Source: Mobula hypostoma (Eukaryota). Taken from it: a stretch of 64,000 nucleotides of DNA. Positions 25,400 to 36,873 of the stretch are shown in pieces (within the stretch, counting starts at the first letter, position 1; every line of letters begins with the position of its first letter). Below the pieces are notes generated by a model. That model was not told the origin of the DNA and made no database searches. It saw only the letters and a program-made list of their open reading frames with translations. The DNA lies in NCBI RefSeq assembly GCF_963921235.1, contig NC_086106.1, positions 20,832,001 to 20,896,000 on the forward strand. Direction: 5' to 3'. The translations under genes were made by a program, and so were the position numbers.

Positions 25400-27000
25400 G
25401 TCAGGCAGAATAATGAAAGGGAGAGAGTAATGTCTATTGGAATATATTGTATTTTGTTCGATACCTGTGGTGTGTTGAGTAAGATTGGTGAACCTATGTC
25501 TTGTATACTTACACGCCAATGGGATATTATAGCAAATCCGGAAATATGGCGAATGGATGGATATGACTGCCATCTAAGCGTTTCAGGATACGGAGGCTTT
25601 ACGCAGGAGGAGAAAAGAAAGGGTCGGAAATGGAATTTTGATTAACGAGGATGTCCCTATAATAGGTAGCAATTAAATTCCTGATCGATTATCCATTGAG
25701 CATTTCTGAGTAGATCTAAGAAATAACAAGGGTTCGATCGTATTGTGGACTTGTACTCGAGGCCGCCAAATGGACAATGGGAATTAGCTGAACCAATTTC
25801 CGGGGTTAGCAAGGATTTGCAAGAATAATACTTTATCGCAGTCGAGGTTTTAAACCTCCAAGTCACAGCCTGGGTCTGCCAAACTGTAACTTTTTTTTTA
25901 TGGGATATTATTCTTTAAATACGTCGAGGAATTATTGACATGGGAAAGATACAGAGTACCTTACTAGGAAGAGGGCAAACCTTGACTTGTTCTTAGGTAG
26001 TAGTGATGGTGATAATGGTGACCGATATGTCAGTGTGGAAACACTTTGGGACCATTGACCATATGTCTATTAGTTTTCACATAACGATGGCAAGTCATAA
26101 AACCGATCCACTCTTTCAAGTTTTAAATTGGAGTAAGGCGAATTTTGATGCTATGAGAATGGTGCTTGCAAAGATTAATTGTAGCAATGATTAGAATAGT
26201 TTGGTTGCGTATAAAAGGACCACAGTCAATTCGAAAGCCTTCAGAGTGAGATACTGCCAGATTAAGGTATTCATGTTTCTGTAGTAGTGAAGGTTAAGAA
26301 TGATAGGGGGAGGATATCCTACATATCAGGGATATTGATGCCCTAGGATGGAAACGAGGAAGCATCGTTAGGTAGACGCAGCTGGGTTCGAGTGATTATC
26401 TGGAACAATATAGGGGTATGCGGGAATGTAGTGAAGTAACAACGATTAGTGCAAAAATAAGACAGGAGATAGCCTTGGCAAAGGCAATTGAGGAACTCTC
26501 AAAACAAATTTAGGACAAATTAAAGGTATATAAAGACAAAAAAAAAGGAGATTTGGGCTCCTCGAAGACGAATGGAGGTATATTTACATGGAGCTGTAGC
26601 AAATGTACAAAGTTCTTAAGAAGTATTTATTTTCGAATATTATAGCATAGAAAGTCTTGGCCTCCGAGCAAAGAAACGTAAGGTGGGAGTCCATGGCGGA
26701 AGTCGGTATTACAATAGAAGAGGTTCTTTCGGTCTTAAATGCAACTCAATTAGATACAACGCCCGGACTTGACAAGGTACGTATATCTAAGCGTACCGCC
26801 GGAGTCTGAGGAAGAAATTGCTGTAACCTAGGGGATATAGTTGCATCATCGTTTATCAGCGGGTAGAGTGGCGGATAGCAAATGCCGTGCTTTATCTATT
26901 ATTGTTTTCGAAGAATTATCATGGAACTATAAAAAAAAGTGAGTCTAACGTAGGTTTTAAGAAATTTTATTTGAAGATTAGCAGGAATCCTGATGCAACT
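25400..27000 (+). mobile_element. Old, highly degenerate CR1-like LINE
   Basis: Residual motifs such as FGTIDHMSISF and LNWSKANF (ORF 26003..26194). Confidence 0.5.
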
Positions 27001-27479
27001 TGATGACATAATAAAATACTATTCAATAATAAATGAGTTATTCCCAATAAAAAAAAAACTCACTTACTCTGCACAGATGCCAGCTGAGCGCTGGCACCAA
27101 ATATTAGCTTCCTTCTACACAGCAAGAACGAGTTAGGTAAAAAGTTGCTAATTTACGAGAAATCCCGAATACAATAATGTCATTAACGGTCTTTTAGTGA
27201 TGTTTTGTTATCAACATTTGTCAGTGAAATTAAAAACGTTGCACTAACTGATAAGGTAATTGTCAGTTGAAATGCTGTAACTTTGCGCCATAGGTAGAGT
27301 TGTCTTCGGTTGGGAGCAGAAAATGTCTTCAAACATGAACATAGGCAATTGAAGCTTACATACATTTCCGGCGGCATAGTAGACTGCCAATCCTGATCTT
27401 AACAGTCGTGTCAAAGTAAATCCTACAACTACCATCCTTCCAGGAACACCCCAGTGAACCAAAGGAACATTTATAAAAA

Positions 27480-27720
27480 GTGAAAATCTTCAGTTGCTGG
27501 AAATGGAAGAAACACACAAAATGCTGTCATAACTTAGCGGGACAAGCAGCATCGATGGAGAAGTGTGCTGTAGACGTTATGGGGCGAATCTCTTCAGCAG
27601 AAGTGTTGACGACACTCTTTTCCATGGATGCTACTTCGCTTACTGAGTTCCGAAAGCATTCTCTGTGTGTTGGAAAGGAGCATTTATGGTTAATGCTCGG
27701 GCACAGAGTCTGCAATAGTT
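27480..27720. mobile_element. Degenerate Penelope-pLTR-derived imperfect palindrome
   Basis: Imperfect inverted arms (CAGCATCGATGGAGAAG / CTTTTCCATGGATGCT) around a decayed CTGAAGA...ATAACGTC hammerhead-like core on the minus strand. Confidence 0.45.
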
Positions 27721-27799
27721 GCTGTATGCAAAGGAGCTTCAAGGAAAACAATAATGCATCTGTATAGTTTGCTTCTTAAGATATAACTGCAAATTTACG

Positions 27800-28919
27800 T
27801 GTCATGGTTCACGGTCTGGTCTATCGATCTGTATTACAGGATTTCTGGTTTTCCCTTGCCCTGCTGTGTGCTTAATTGAGGTACATGATTCTGATTTTGG
27901 GCTGACTACATAAATAGCTCCTGGGTTCAACTTCATTTGCTTGACTGTTCCTCCTCTCCGCTTCCCTCTGAAGCCCTGCATGCAACCTTCGCCTGAAGCC
28001 CCGACTGCTACCTTTCGCCTCAAGCCTCGCCTGCTGCCTTTCGCCTGAAAGCTTGCCTGCGTCCTCGCCTGTTCTTTCCGACAAGCTCTACAGCCGGAGC
28101 AAGACTGGAGCTTTTCTGTGTCCAGATAAGGAACTGACTTTCCTTGTTTAGAAGTGTCTCTGTGCGTAAGCCTTCGCTAGGTAGGTCCGGCCGTTTGCCG
28201 GTACCCAGTCTTCTGAACCGTCTCTGTGTCCACGCCTTAGCTTGGTAGATCCGGCCGTTTGCCATACCATGTGTTGGGAACCGTCTTGACGCGTTCAGCA
28301 TTTTGTTTATGAGTCCCGCCCTACGTCCTGTTCCCAAGGAGAGGTCCCGGCTCTGTGTTCTGCTTTCCTGTCGTCCAAGACAAAGGCTCTGTGTTCCATG
28401 TTCCCGTTCTCCCTCGACCAAAGCTCTGCGTTCCTGTTCTCCCTTGAGCATGGCTCTGCGTACATGTCACCCTCGACCAAGTCAAGGCTTCGTGTTCTCG
28501 TCCTGTCCATGTGCCTCGCCCCGCAAGGAGCAGCTCGTCCAGCTGCGAGCTGGGGTTACCTCGTCCTGTCCAGGAGTTTCTCGTCCAGTTCTGTGGCCTC
28601 TCCTCGTCCTGTAGCCACATCTTGTACTCGCCTAGTTCCGGGGTCCGAGCCCAACTCAAGACCCAGGTTCCGGGTCTCTGTCCAGTCTCTGGCTCGGTGT
28701 TCTAGTCCAAGTTCCAAGTCCTAGTTGCTGGTCCATCCCACCATCCTAGTCCAGTCCTAGCTCTGGCCTTGTATCCTAGCCTCGTCTAGGGCCTGTGTCT
28801 TGTCCAGCGTCGTTTTGTACCCACTGATCCTTGCTTGCTTGATACACCCAGTCCTGTTCCTAGTACTTCAGTATCTGTGTCTTGCATTTGGGTGCGCCAC
28901 CAGCGCCCTCCTAATGACA
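27800..28919 (+). mobile_element. Solo LTR related to the 10-14 kb array family
   Basis: TGTCA...TGACA ends. The 3' block GTGTCTTGCATTTGGGT..CCAC.AGCG is shared with the array units. No TSD seen. Confidence 0.65.
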
Positions 28920-28924
28920 CCAGG

Positions 28925-30470
28925 AGCCAGTTATGGTGTAATATAATGCAGTGTAAACAATACGCTTCATTGAATCAGAGAAATGTGACACTGCAAAGTC
29001 AGCCTGGATTTGTGAAAGGAAAATCATGTCTGATGAAAGTCATAGAATTTCTTGATGATGTAACTAGTAGAGTGAATAGGGGAGAACCAGTGGATGTGGT
29101 ATATTTGAATTTTCAAAAGGCTTTTGACAAAGTCCCACACATGAGATTAGTGTGCAATTTTAAAGCACACGTTATTGAGGGTAAGGTATTGATGTGGATA
29201 GAGAATTGTTCGGCAGACAGGAAGCAAAGAGTGGGATTAAACGCAGCCTTTTCAGAATGACAGGCAGTGACTCGTGGGGTACCGCAAGGCTCAGTGCTGG
29301 GACCCCAGTTGTTTACAATATATATTAATGACCTAGATAAGGGAATTAAATGCAGCATCTCCATGTTTGCGGATGCCACGAAGCTGGGCAGCAGTGTTAG
29401 CTGTGAGGAGGATGCTAAGAGGATGCAGGGTGACTTGGATAGGTTAGGTGGGTGGGCAAACTCACGGCAGATGCAATTTAATGTGGATAAATGTGAGGTT
29501 TCCACTTTAGTGACAAAAACAGGAAAACAGATTATTATCTGAATGGTGTCCGATTAGGAAAAGGGGAGGTGCAACGAGACCTGGGTGTCCCTATACACCA
29601 GACATTCAAAGTGGGCAACACGCATCAAAGTTGCTGCTGAACGCAGCAGGCCAGGCAGCATCTCTAGGAAGAGGTGCTGCCTGGCCTGCTGCGTTCACCA
29701 GCAACTTTGATGTGTGTTGCTTAAATTTACAGCATCTGCAGTATTCTTGTTGTTTACATATTGAAAGTGGGCATGCAGGTACAGCAGGCGGTGAAAAAGG
29801 CGAATTTTATGCTGGCAGTAATAGCAAGAGAATTCGAGTACAGGAGCAGGGAGGTACTACTGCAGTTCTACAAGACCTTGGTAAGACCACACCTGGAGTA
29901 TTGTGTGCAGTTTTGGTCCCTTAATCTGAGAAAAAATATCTTTGCCATAGAGGCAGTACAAAGAAGGTTCACCAGGTTGATTCCTGGAACGGCAGGACTT
30001 TCATATGATGAAAGACTGGATCAACTAGGCTTATACTCGTTGGACTTTAGAAGATCGGGGGCGGGGGGGATTTTATTGAAACGTATAAAATCCTGAAGGG
30101 ATTGGACAGGCTAGATGCAGGAAGATTGTTCCCGATGTTGGGAAAGTCCAGAAAGAGGAGTCACAGTTTGAGGATAAAGGGGAAGCCTATTATGACCTAG
30201 ATTAGGAAAAAATAAAACTTCATCACACAAAGCGTGGTGAATCTGTGTCGTTTTCTGCCACAAGAAATAGTTGAGGCCAGTTCATTGGCTATATTTAAGA
30301 GGGAGTTAGATATGACCGTTGTGGCTAAAGAGATCGAGGGTACGAAGGGAAGGCTGGTAGAGGGTTCTGAGTTGAATGATCAGCCATGATCGACGGAATA
30401 GCGATGCAGGCTCGAAGGGCCGAATGGCCTACTCCTGCACCTATTTTCTATACTTCTATGCTTCTATGCT
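28925..30470 (+). mobile_element. CR1-clade LINE RT and 3' end
   Basis: ORFs 28835..29260, 29267..29542 and 29761..30096; ends in a CTTCTATG-type tail. Confidence 0.85.
29618..29759. mobile_element. Short Penelope-derived hairpin element inserted in CR1
   Basis: About 38-bp near-perfect inverted arms CATCAAAGTTGCTG.TGAACGCAGCAGGCCAGGCAGCA. Flanked by ATT(C/G)AAAGTGGGCA at 29604-29617 and 29760-29773. Confidence 0.75.
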
Positions 30471-30950
30471 GCTACCGCCCATTTGTCCTTATAACTTTAC
30501 ACTTAGCTATTCAGGGTTATTTATGGCAAAAGCAGGCTCTTCGGCCCTTCTCCTTTATTCTGATAAGTATGTACTTTAAGCCAATCTAATTTGTCTGTCT
30601 TTATCCCATATGCCTCGAAACAATTTCTGTTCAGATACTTGCCAAATGTCTACCCGTGTCGCCTCTTTTAGGGAACTATGCACTTGTATCCCAAGATACT
30701 GTTGTCCAATAACTCCTGAGGGCACTGATATTGATTTCTTAAATCCCTTTGTGTCCCAAAATGAGCATTTTCACAATTTTTCGCATTAAATACCAACTGC
30801 CATTAGAGAAGTTTCTTCGCTCCTGAATACCACACGAATTAGGGCATCACCTGTAACCGTACTTATCATTCCACCAAATTTTCTTTCAGACTCGTTTATT
30901 GGAGAACTAAATAGTGAACTGCGCAGAACATAATTTATTATAGGACTCCA

Positions 30951-30952
30951 GT

Positions 30953-31002
<50 letters not shown>
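30951..31002. repeat. (GT)n microsatellite
   Basis: Direct read. Confidence 0.97.
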
Positions 31003-31004
<2 letters not shown>

Positions 31005-32899
31005 CCTCAAAAACATTATATAATCTATGAGGCACGACCTCCGACAAAAAAGGTCATCATTACTATTTAGATAACTCAGCCTTGGATGAAAATGACTGTG
31101 ATTCGTCACTACATTAACCATCCAGCAATAAGGACAACCCTTGGCCTCCTACAATATCGGCAGATTTAAAAATCGCAACCTATGCAGCTCTTCTTATCAC
31201 TGACACACAACCTCCTCCCTTTTCCCGCACGTATTAGCAGCACAATTTCCAGCATATTGTCTTGTTGAATGAGAAACACATTGGCAATCCGCCAGATTTT
31301 CGATATGTCTAGAGAAACCCCCAATTTCACTCGCCTACTTTGTATTCCCTATGTATTGCAAGTACGTGCTTCATCGCTTCAGTACAATTTTCAACACGAA
31401 ACCCCACATCACTGGAAGGTGCTGGTATGTTTTCCGCATTCCTGAACAGCACACTTTACCGCTATATAAATCCGAAGAATTCTGTTTAGTATTGAGTCCT
31501 TCACGTGCCTCATTACTTTGAACAATATCCTCATGTGGAAACCCAGGATCCTCATATCCTCCTTTATTACTCAGCCTTTTCCCTCCATGTTGGTTCAGCA
31601 TTCATTTCGCATCCTGAGCACTCATTTTGTTTCAATTCTGCAACCCGATTTTCTTTCTGTCTACAATCAATTTGATCTCATAATGAATTGCACTGCCCAT
31701 TTTTATACGCAAGGTCAAATGAACACAAAGCTGTACAGGAACTCAATTTCTTGAACAATTAAATTGACGTTGTCAATAATAATAAAATACTTAGTGGAAA
31801 CATGACACAAATGTTTAATACAATTACACTTTAAAAACAAAGGATAAAATATCTCGAAATGTTCAGCAGAGCAGACAATGTGTAGATATGGAACGAGCCT
31901 TATATCCATTAAGTGAACACAGTTTCTCTTTCAACAGATACTGACCGACCTGATGAGTGTTCCTATTATGTTCTGTTTTTGAATTATTATTTTAAGAGTA
32001 AACCATTTAGCTATAGAATAACAGGCATGTGATATTCCTACCTCGGGGAACACTGTGAAAATCGGTGACAGGGTCATTAATTAAAAAAACAAACAAAAAT
32101 AAAAAACACCGGATAAATCATAGATATTTTTATTTGTGAAAGGCTACATCAGTAAAAACAGAAATAATATATTTCTGTTGAAAATCAGCTGTGGTAACGA
32201 TAGGTTATTTCCATTGTTGAGAATGCAGTGCAGATTCATCAGAATATAGACTGGATGAGAAGAGTTTAATTTCATCACTTCACTTATACTCTATAAATTC
32301 AATGTTCGTCACATGGAACTTGTACCTAGACGAGGTGTGGAATCAGATATAGCGAATTATTTTAATGGGCATTTAGTCAAGGACGTAAGTAGGCAAGCCA
32401 TCGCGAAAACGCAGTCTTTACTGCAGCAAGTTTTATTCATGCAGATTGGTCAATGTATTGGAATGGACTTGGGCAGTAGTAGGTCGATTTCCTGCTGTAC
32501 ACGACTACGACTCTATCCATAGATATTCACGTGTAGTACAAGAGCCAAGGTTTGAAATGTGCAGTATGTGAGCGGGAAACGGAGTGGACTCTTGAAATTG
32601 TTGGAACTGCTCTTGCAATGGAATTGATTGGCCGAATAGACTTTTGTAATATTGTACGAACATGTGAGGAATCGCGAAATAACCCTCAATTGTGAGGTTT
32701 GACAATGAATATCAGACCAATGAATTATATTGAATTGATGCACACTGTTGTTCGCAGTGCCGTACAGCACAACCGTAGTTGTGATTATTGATTTTAACAT
32801 TCACCATGCTGCATTCACACTACCTGTGCCCATCTACTTTGGCCAAGTGATCAGATACAAGTAAAATAACAACATTGAAACTAATATTGATTTACTCAC

Positions 32900-32950
32900 T
32901 CGATTGTACGGTCAATTAAATCCCATCATACAACACATTAACCCAACACT
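32900..32950 (-). pseudogene. J-like 3' end with phase-1 GT donor
   Basis: TTG TAT GAT GGG ATT TAA TTG ACC GTA CAA TCG A|GTGAGT (LYDGI*LTVQS), four substitutions from FGDGIKLTVQS. No convincing RSS. Confidence 0.3.
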
Positions 32951-33271
32951 TAAACAAAATACCCCAAGACCATATTGCAACAACTTTCTTCTTATTGCCA
33001 TACCCCAGGTAGTTGGTCCAGTACAATACCACAGATTCCTTTACCCTTTGAAGAAGTCCAACCTACAAATGCCTGTTTTGCATCGTAAGAAATTCCTCAT
33101 AGTAAACAGTTGTTTTAATGCACTTCATCCTAATTTAAGTGAGAACCAGAGTGGCAACTTCGATCCAAATGAGGCAAACTGTAACTGGCAGATCCACCCC
33201 AACCCACCATTCACGAATTTTTGAATGTAGCCTTCAGCGGAGGCACATCAAATTAACAGCAATAGTCGTAA

Positions 33272-33303
33272 TAGTAGTAGTAGTAGTAGTGGTAGTAGTA
33301 GTA
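33272..33303. repeat. (TAG)n microsatellite
   Basis: Direct read. Confidence 0.9.
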
Positions 33304-34086
33304 TCAGCTGTGCAACATTAATAATCATAGTATTCATTCGAATAGTCCGAAAGTTCCTAGAATCTGATAAATAAGTTTGTTCTGCTCTGCCCAGACCTCA
33401 GTGTATACCAGTCTGAAATGAGAAAAAAAAATGGTGGTGAAGCATCGGAGTCATTCTGAAAGCTCTTCAAGGAATCCTTCTGTCAAATGCTCTCGTATAT
33501 TATGTTAGTTATGACTCAGTAGCAAGCATAATACTCTAAATATAGATTTGTATTTAGTATGAAATGTCAACTTTGTGTCATTGAGATCAAAGTCATGGAT
33601 AACAAAGGATAATAATAAAATGCAAACGTTGTGTACTTATCAACGAGAGCTTATGTTTGGCAAGTTTATCAGCGGGTCTAAACGTACAGAAAGCAAACCC
33701 AGACTTATTGATGAAGGTTTGAGCATTCATGACCTAGGATCTAGTTTCAACGAAGCCTGCAGGGGTATACACAGGTCTCACACACGTATTGTTAAATTGT
33801 TGAAATGTTGCTAAATTACTTCCAATGGTTTTATTTACTGATCAGTGGAACTATGCTCATCAGCACATAGACGAGTCCGTTCTAGATTTGCAGAATTGTT
33901 GAACACATTCTACGTCATTCCTCGAAACATTATCACTTGAAATACTGGATACCAAAATGCAGAACTCGACTGCCCATCACAGTTCTTATCTCTTTCCAAA
34001 CCAAATCGATATTTTTCAATTATCTAATATAATATTCTGCTGGGTTAAGCATACAACTAGAAAAAAAAATAAGTTTGAGCACTTAC

Positions 34087-34152
34087 TCGGTTCATCGATC
34101 AGCATAGTTGGATTTCTAAAAATGTGCTACGCTCCCTTATTGCTACACAATT
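34087..34152 (-). pseudogene. TCR-delta-like pseudo-J segment
   Basis: AATTGTG heptamer (CACAATT on +, 34146-34152), then SNKGA*HIFRNPTMLIDEP and A|GTAAGT. The phase-1 GAA CCx A|gtaagt ending is typical of delta/alpha J segments. Nonamer weak; one in-frame TAG. Confidence 0.5.
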
Positions 34153-34384
34153 ATATTTTGTTGCAATGTCTTTCAGGATTTCCTCCACATATCCAGGTAA
34201 CTAGCTGTCTTGACTGACAAAGCCTGTCAGGAAAGCATGATTGTCACTACTAGTCAGCGATCCATGTATTAGGGTCAAAATTGGAGATACCTAATGGAAT
34301 ATAATGGGGAAAAATGGTTTGTTTGCTAATGGTGCTTGATAGTAATCGATTTGCCCTTCGGACAACGAGGTCCTGAGGCTGAGA

Positions 34385-34460
34385 ATTTAATGTTTGGCCG
34401 AGAATGGCATGTCAACTACTGTGCCTGCTACACACAGTGTTAAGTGGCAATGCAAAAGCT
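34385..34460 (-). other. D segment (Db) with 5' 12-RSS and 3' 23-RSS
   Basis: Minus strand: AGCTTTTGC-12-CACTGTG | TGTAGCAGG | CACAGTA-23-ACATTAAAT. Confidence 0.7.
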
Positions 34461-34762
34461 CTCTGTTCGTTGCTACCCGCAGGGACACGAGACCATAGGC
34501 TCCACAGCACAGCGGATTCAAAAGAGAGAGAGAGAAAAAAAACATTACGAAGCGTATCACATAAACTGTTGAGGTAGTGGGCATGCGATACGGGCCTTTT
34601 CTCTCCAACGGAATGCTTTTCAGTGTTCACAAAACAGGCTGCATGCAGTCATTATAGAACAGTGCAGAATGAGCTCAAGATTATGAGGAAAACCACAAGA
34701 TTTCCGCAGCTAAGCGGCAGTTGAAGCTAAGCAGTGTGGATGTCAATGTATTGCAACTTGGA

Positions 34763-34842
34763 GGTTAATGTACGGCAGCTGATGGCATTTCAATTACTGT
34801 GCATATCGTAGTCCCACAGTGAAATAAGGCAGCACAAAAACC
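34763..34842 (-). other. D segment (Da) with perfect 5' 12-RSS and 3' 23-RSS
   Basis: Minus strand: GGTTTTTGT-12-CACTGTG | GGACTACGATATG | CACAGTA-23-ACATTAACC. Confidence 0.85.
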
Positions 34843-35049
34843 TTTCATTAGTCACATGATCATACACGTAGCGCTTTCAAGGCTGATAACACGTCCTGAA
34901 GAGCTTCATATGACTGTTACGAAATGAAATCAAAACTACAGAAGAGACAGTGAGAGTAGTTGTCCAGAATCGGTGTCAATGACAAGTTCTTTAAGAGACT
35001 ACGCTATCGAATGGTTATAGGCAACACAGCTCTTCATGTGTGCTCCAAT

Positions 35050-35640
35050 GTTCATGATCGATTCAACCCCATTATCCGAACCCCTTTCGGTTTATTAAAT
35101 GTCCAGAGAGTTAGCGAATTCAGCCCTGGCTACTTAATTGCCTGCTAAGGCCTTGCAGTCGAATGGTTGAGCAGAATTTGCAAAATCAACAATGTTCCTA
35201 GGAATGGAATTTCTGCCGATCCCAATACTGCACATCGGAGCCCGAAATCTGAGGCGGTGCCTCGATTTCGAGATTACTCAGCCACAGGAGAATGCTGTCC
35301 TATGGCGAATATTGTCTGCCTTAAAAGAGTAACTGTCCTAATCTCCACTGACGCTTGTTCATTCATACACATCAGTTGATTGGCGATTATTCCTCATGAA
35401 CTGAGCTCAACTACTCACAATAATTCGGATTAAAAAAATATGTGACCTTCACTGCACTATCCTGAATTCAAAGTTCCCTTTGCGGATTGCAGGATATATA
35501 TTCTACTCCATCGTTCTCTTTCCGAAATTGTGTTGCGATTTTCTTCCATTACCATCCATTTATCACAAAGTTGAGAACATACTAATCCTGGCTTACTGGG
35601 CATGTCTTCCCTCTCTGGAGTTGGTGATTGGTAGATTATT
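35050..35640 (-). pseudogene. Displaced 3' part of cluster B constant region (CH1 end plus CH2-like remnant)
   Basis: Patchy identity to 2200-2600 (GACTTTGA; CCGAA(A)TTATTGTGA; CAA.GTTCCT; CAGAGA.TTAGC; CTTAATT.CC). GAAG|GTCACA donor-like site near 35447. Confidence 0.35.
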
Positions 35641-36399
35641 TTTTAAAAAGTTCATTTTTTCGTGTTTTTACTCTCTAACTGTACATATTCACTTTGCTAT
35701 AAGACAACCATTTCTACAGCTTATTTCTACGGTGAACCTGGTTTACTCCATCCCCCACTATCCCATTTATTTTCGCAAATCTTATTTTGACTCGTTCCAA
35801 ATTCTCATGAAGGCTCCTTGAAATAAAACGTTAAAACGCCTTTCGCTTTTGCTATTGATATGTTCTGACCTCGTGAGTATTTCTAGATTTATTTTTGAAA
35901 TTCCAGCAACTACGTTTTGTTTTATGACAACGAGATGTTTCCCGGCGGCGATAAGAACGCAAACATTAAATTCCATGTACAAACCCTTCTGAGCTTAATA
36001 GCCTCATCGTTAGGAAATGAGGTGTAGTTATGTAAACAGAATATAAAACAGTATAGGTAGAAGCATATTCAGCCCCTCCGATACCCGTAGCAATCATGAT
36101 GATATTTTTAAGTAGCATATCTGCTTACATTCCCCCACCATTCCCTGCATGATGAATGATCTATAGTAGTCTCTTAAAATGTGCCATCGTATTCAGTTTC
36201 AGAATTTCTCTGAAATTTCCAGTCACTTTACACTCTCCGCATTTTTAAATGTCTCATGTAACAGCTTTAGTATCCTTCCTCTCATCATACATCTATGTGG
36301 CCGAAGACTTCGTGGTTTCAGCTTGGAATAAACACTCTAAATATCTTCCTTATCATTTTCTCTCATTTTATATATTCTACCAGGTCAGCTCTCAGCCTG

Positions 36400-36840
36400 T
36401 AGTGTTCAAGATAAATAAATCTTAGTGTTTCTAAACTCCGCTGATACACTCCGAACCAGATAACATATCGGTGACCTTCCCTGTGCCATATCGAACGCAT
36501 CACATCCTTACTAAAATGTGACGACGACAACGAGAATGACACAAAATACTCAGAATACAATCGAGGAAACATTTTATATATAAGGCCATAAGTGAGAGGC
36601 ACAGAATTATGCCATTTGGCGCAAATAGGCTGCTCCGCCATTTCGTTATGGCTAATCGAAATTTTCTCTCAGCTACAATCTACTGCCTTCTCCCCTTATC
36701 ACTTCATGCCCTGACAAATCAAGACTTTTTTCAAACTCAGCCTTAAATAGAAACAAAAACGTGACCTCCAGAACTGGCTGTAGCAAACAATTCCACAGAT
36801 TCACCACCACATACTAAGTACTAAATAAATAAATACATAA

Positions 36841-36873
<33 letters not shown>

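Noticed and set aside
31300-31750. Candidate C-delta exon downstream of the J segments
   Set aside because: No C1-set cysteine/tryptophan pattern in any frame; adjacent sequence resembles a decayed LINE endonuclease region.
33272-33303. Poly-Thr mucin-like stalk exon
   Set aside because: Simple (TAG)n microsatellite; the frame closes after about 24 codons.
33915-34005. Second J-like stretch (CACAGTT-12-CAAACCAAA; ..LHFGI..)
   Set aside because: Needs indels to give a J frame and lacks a GT donor; too weak to call, though worth including in any J search.
35187-35250. Third D at about 390-bp periodicity upstream of Da
   Set aside because: No CAC heptamers at correct spacing; the sequence aligns instead with cluster A 2330-2390 (C-region remnant).
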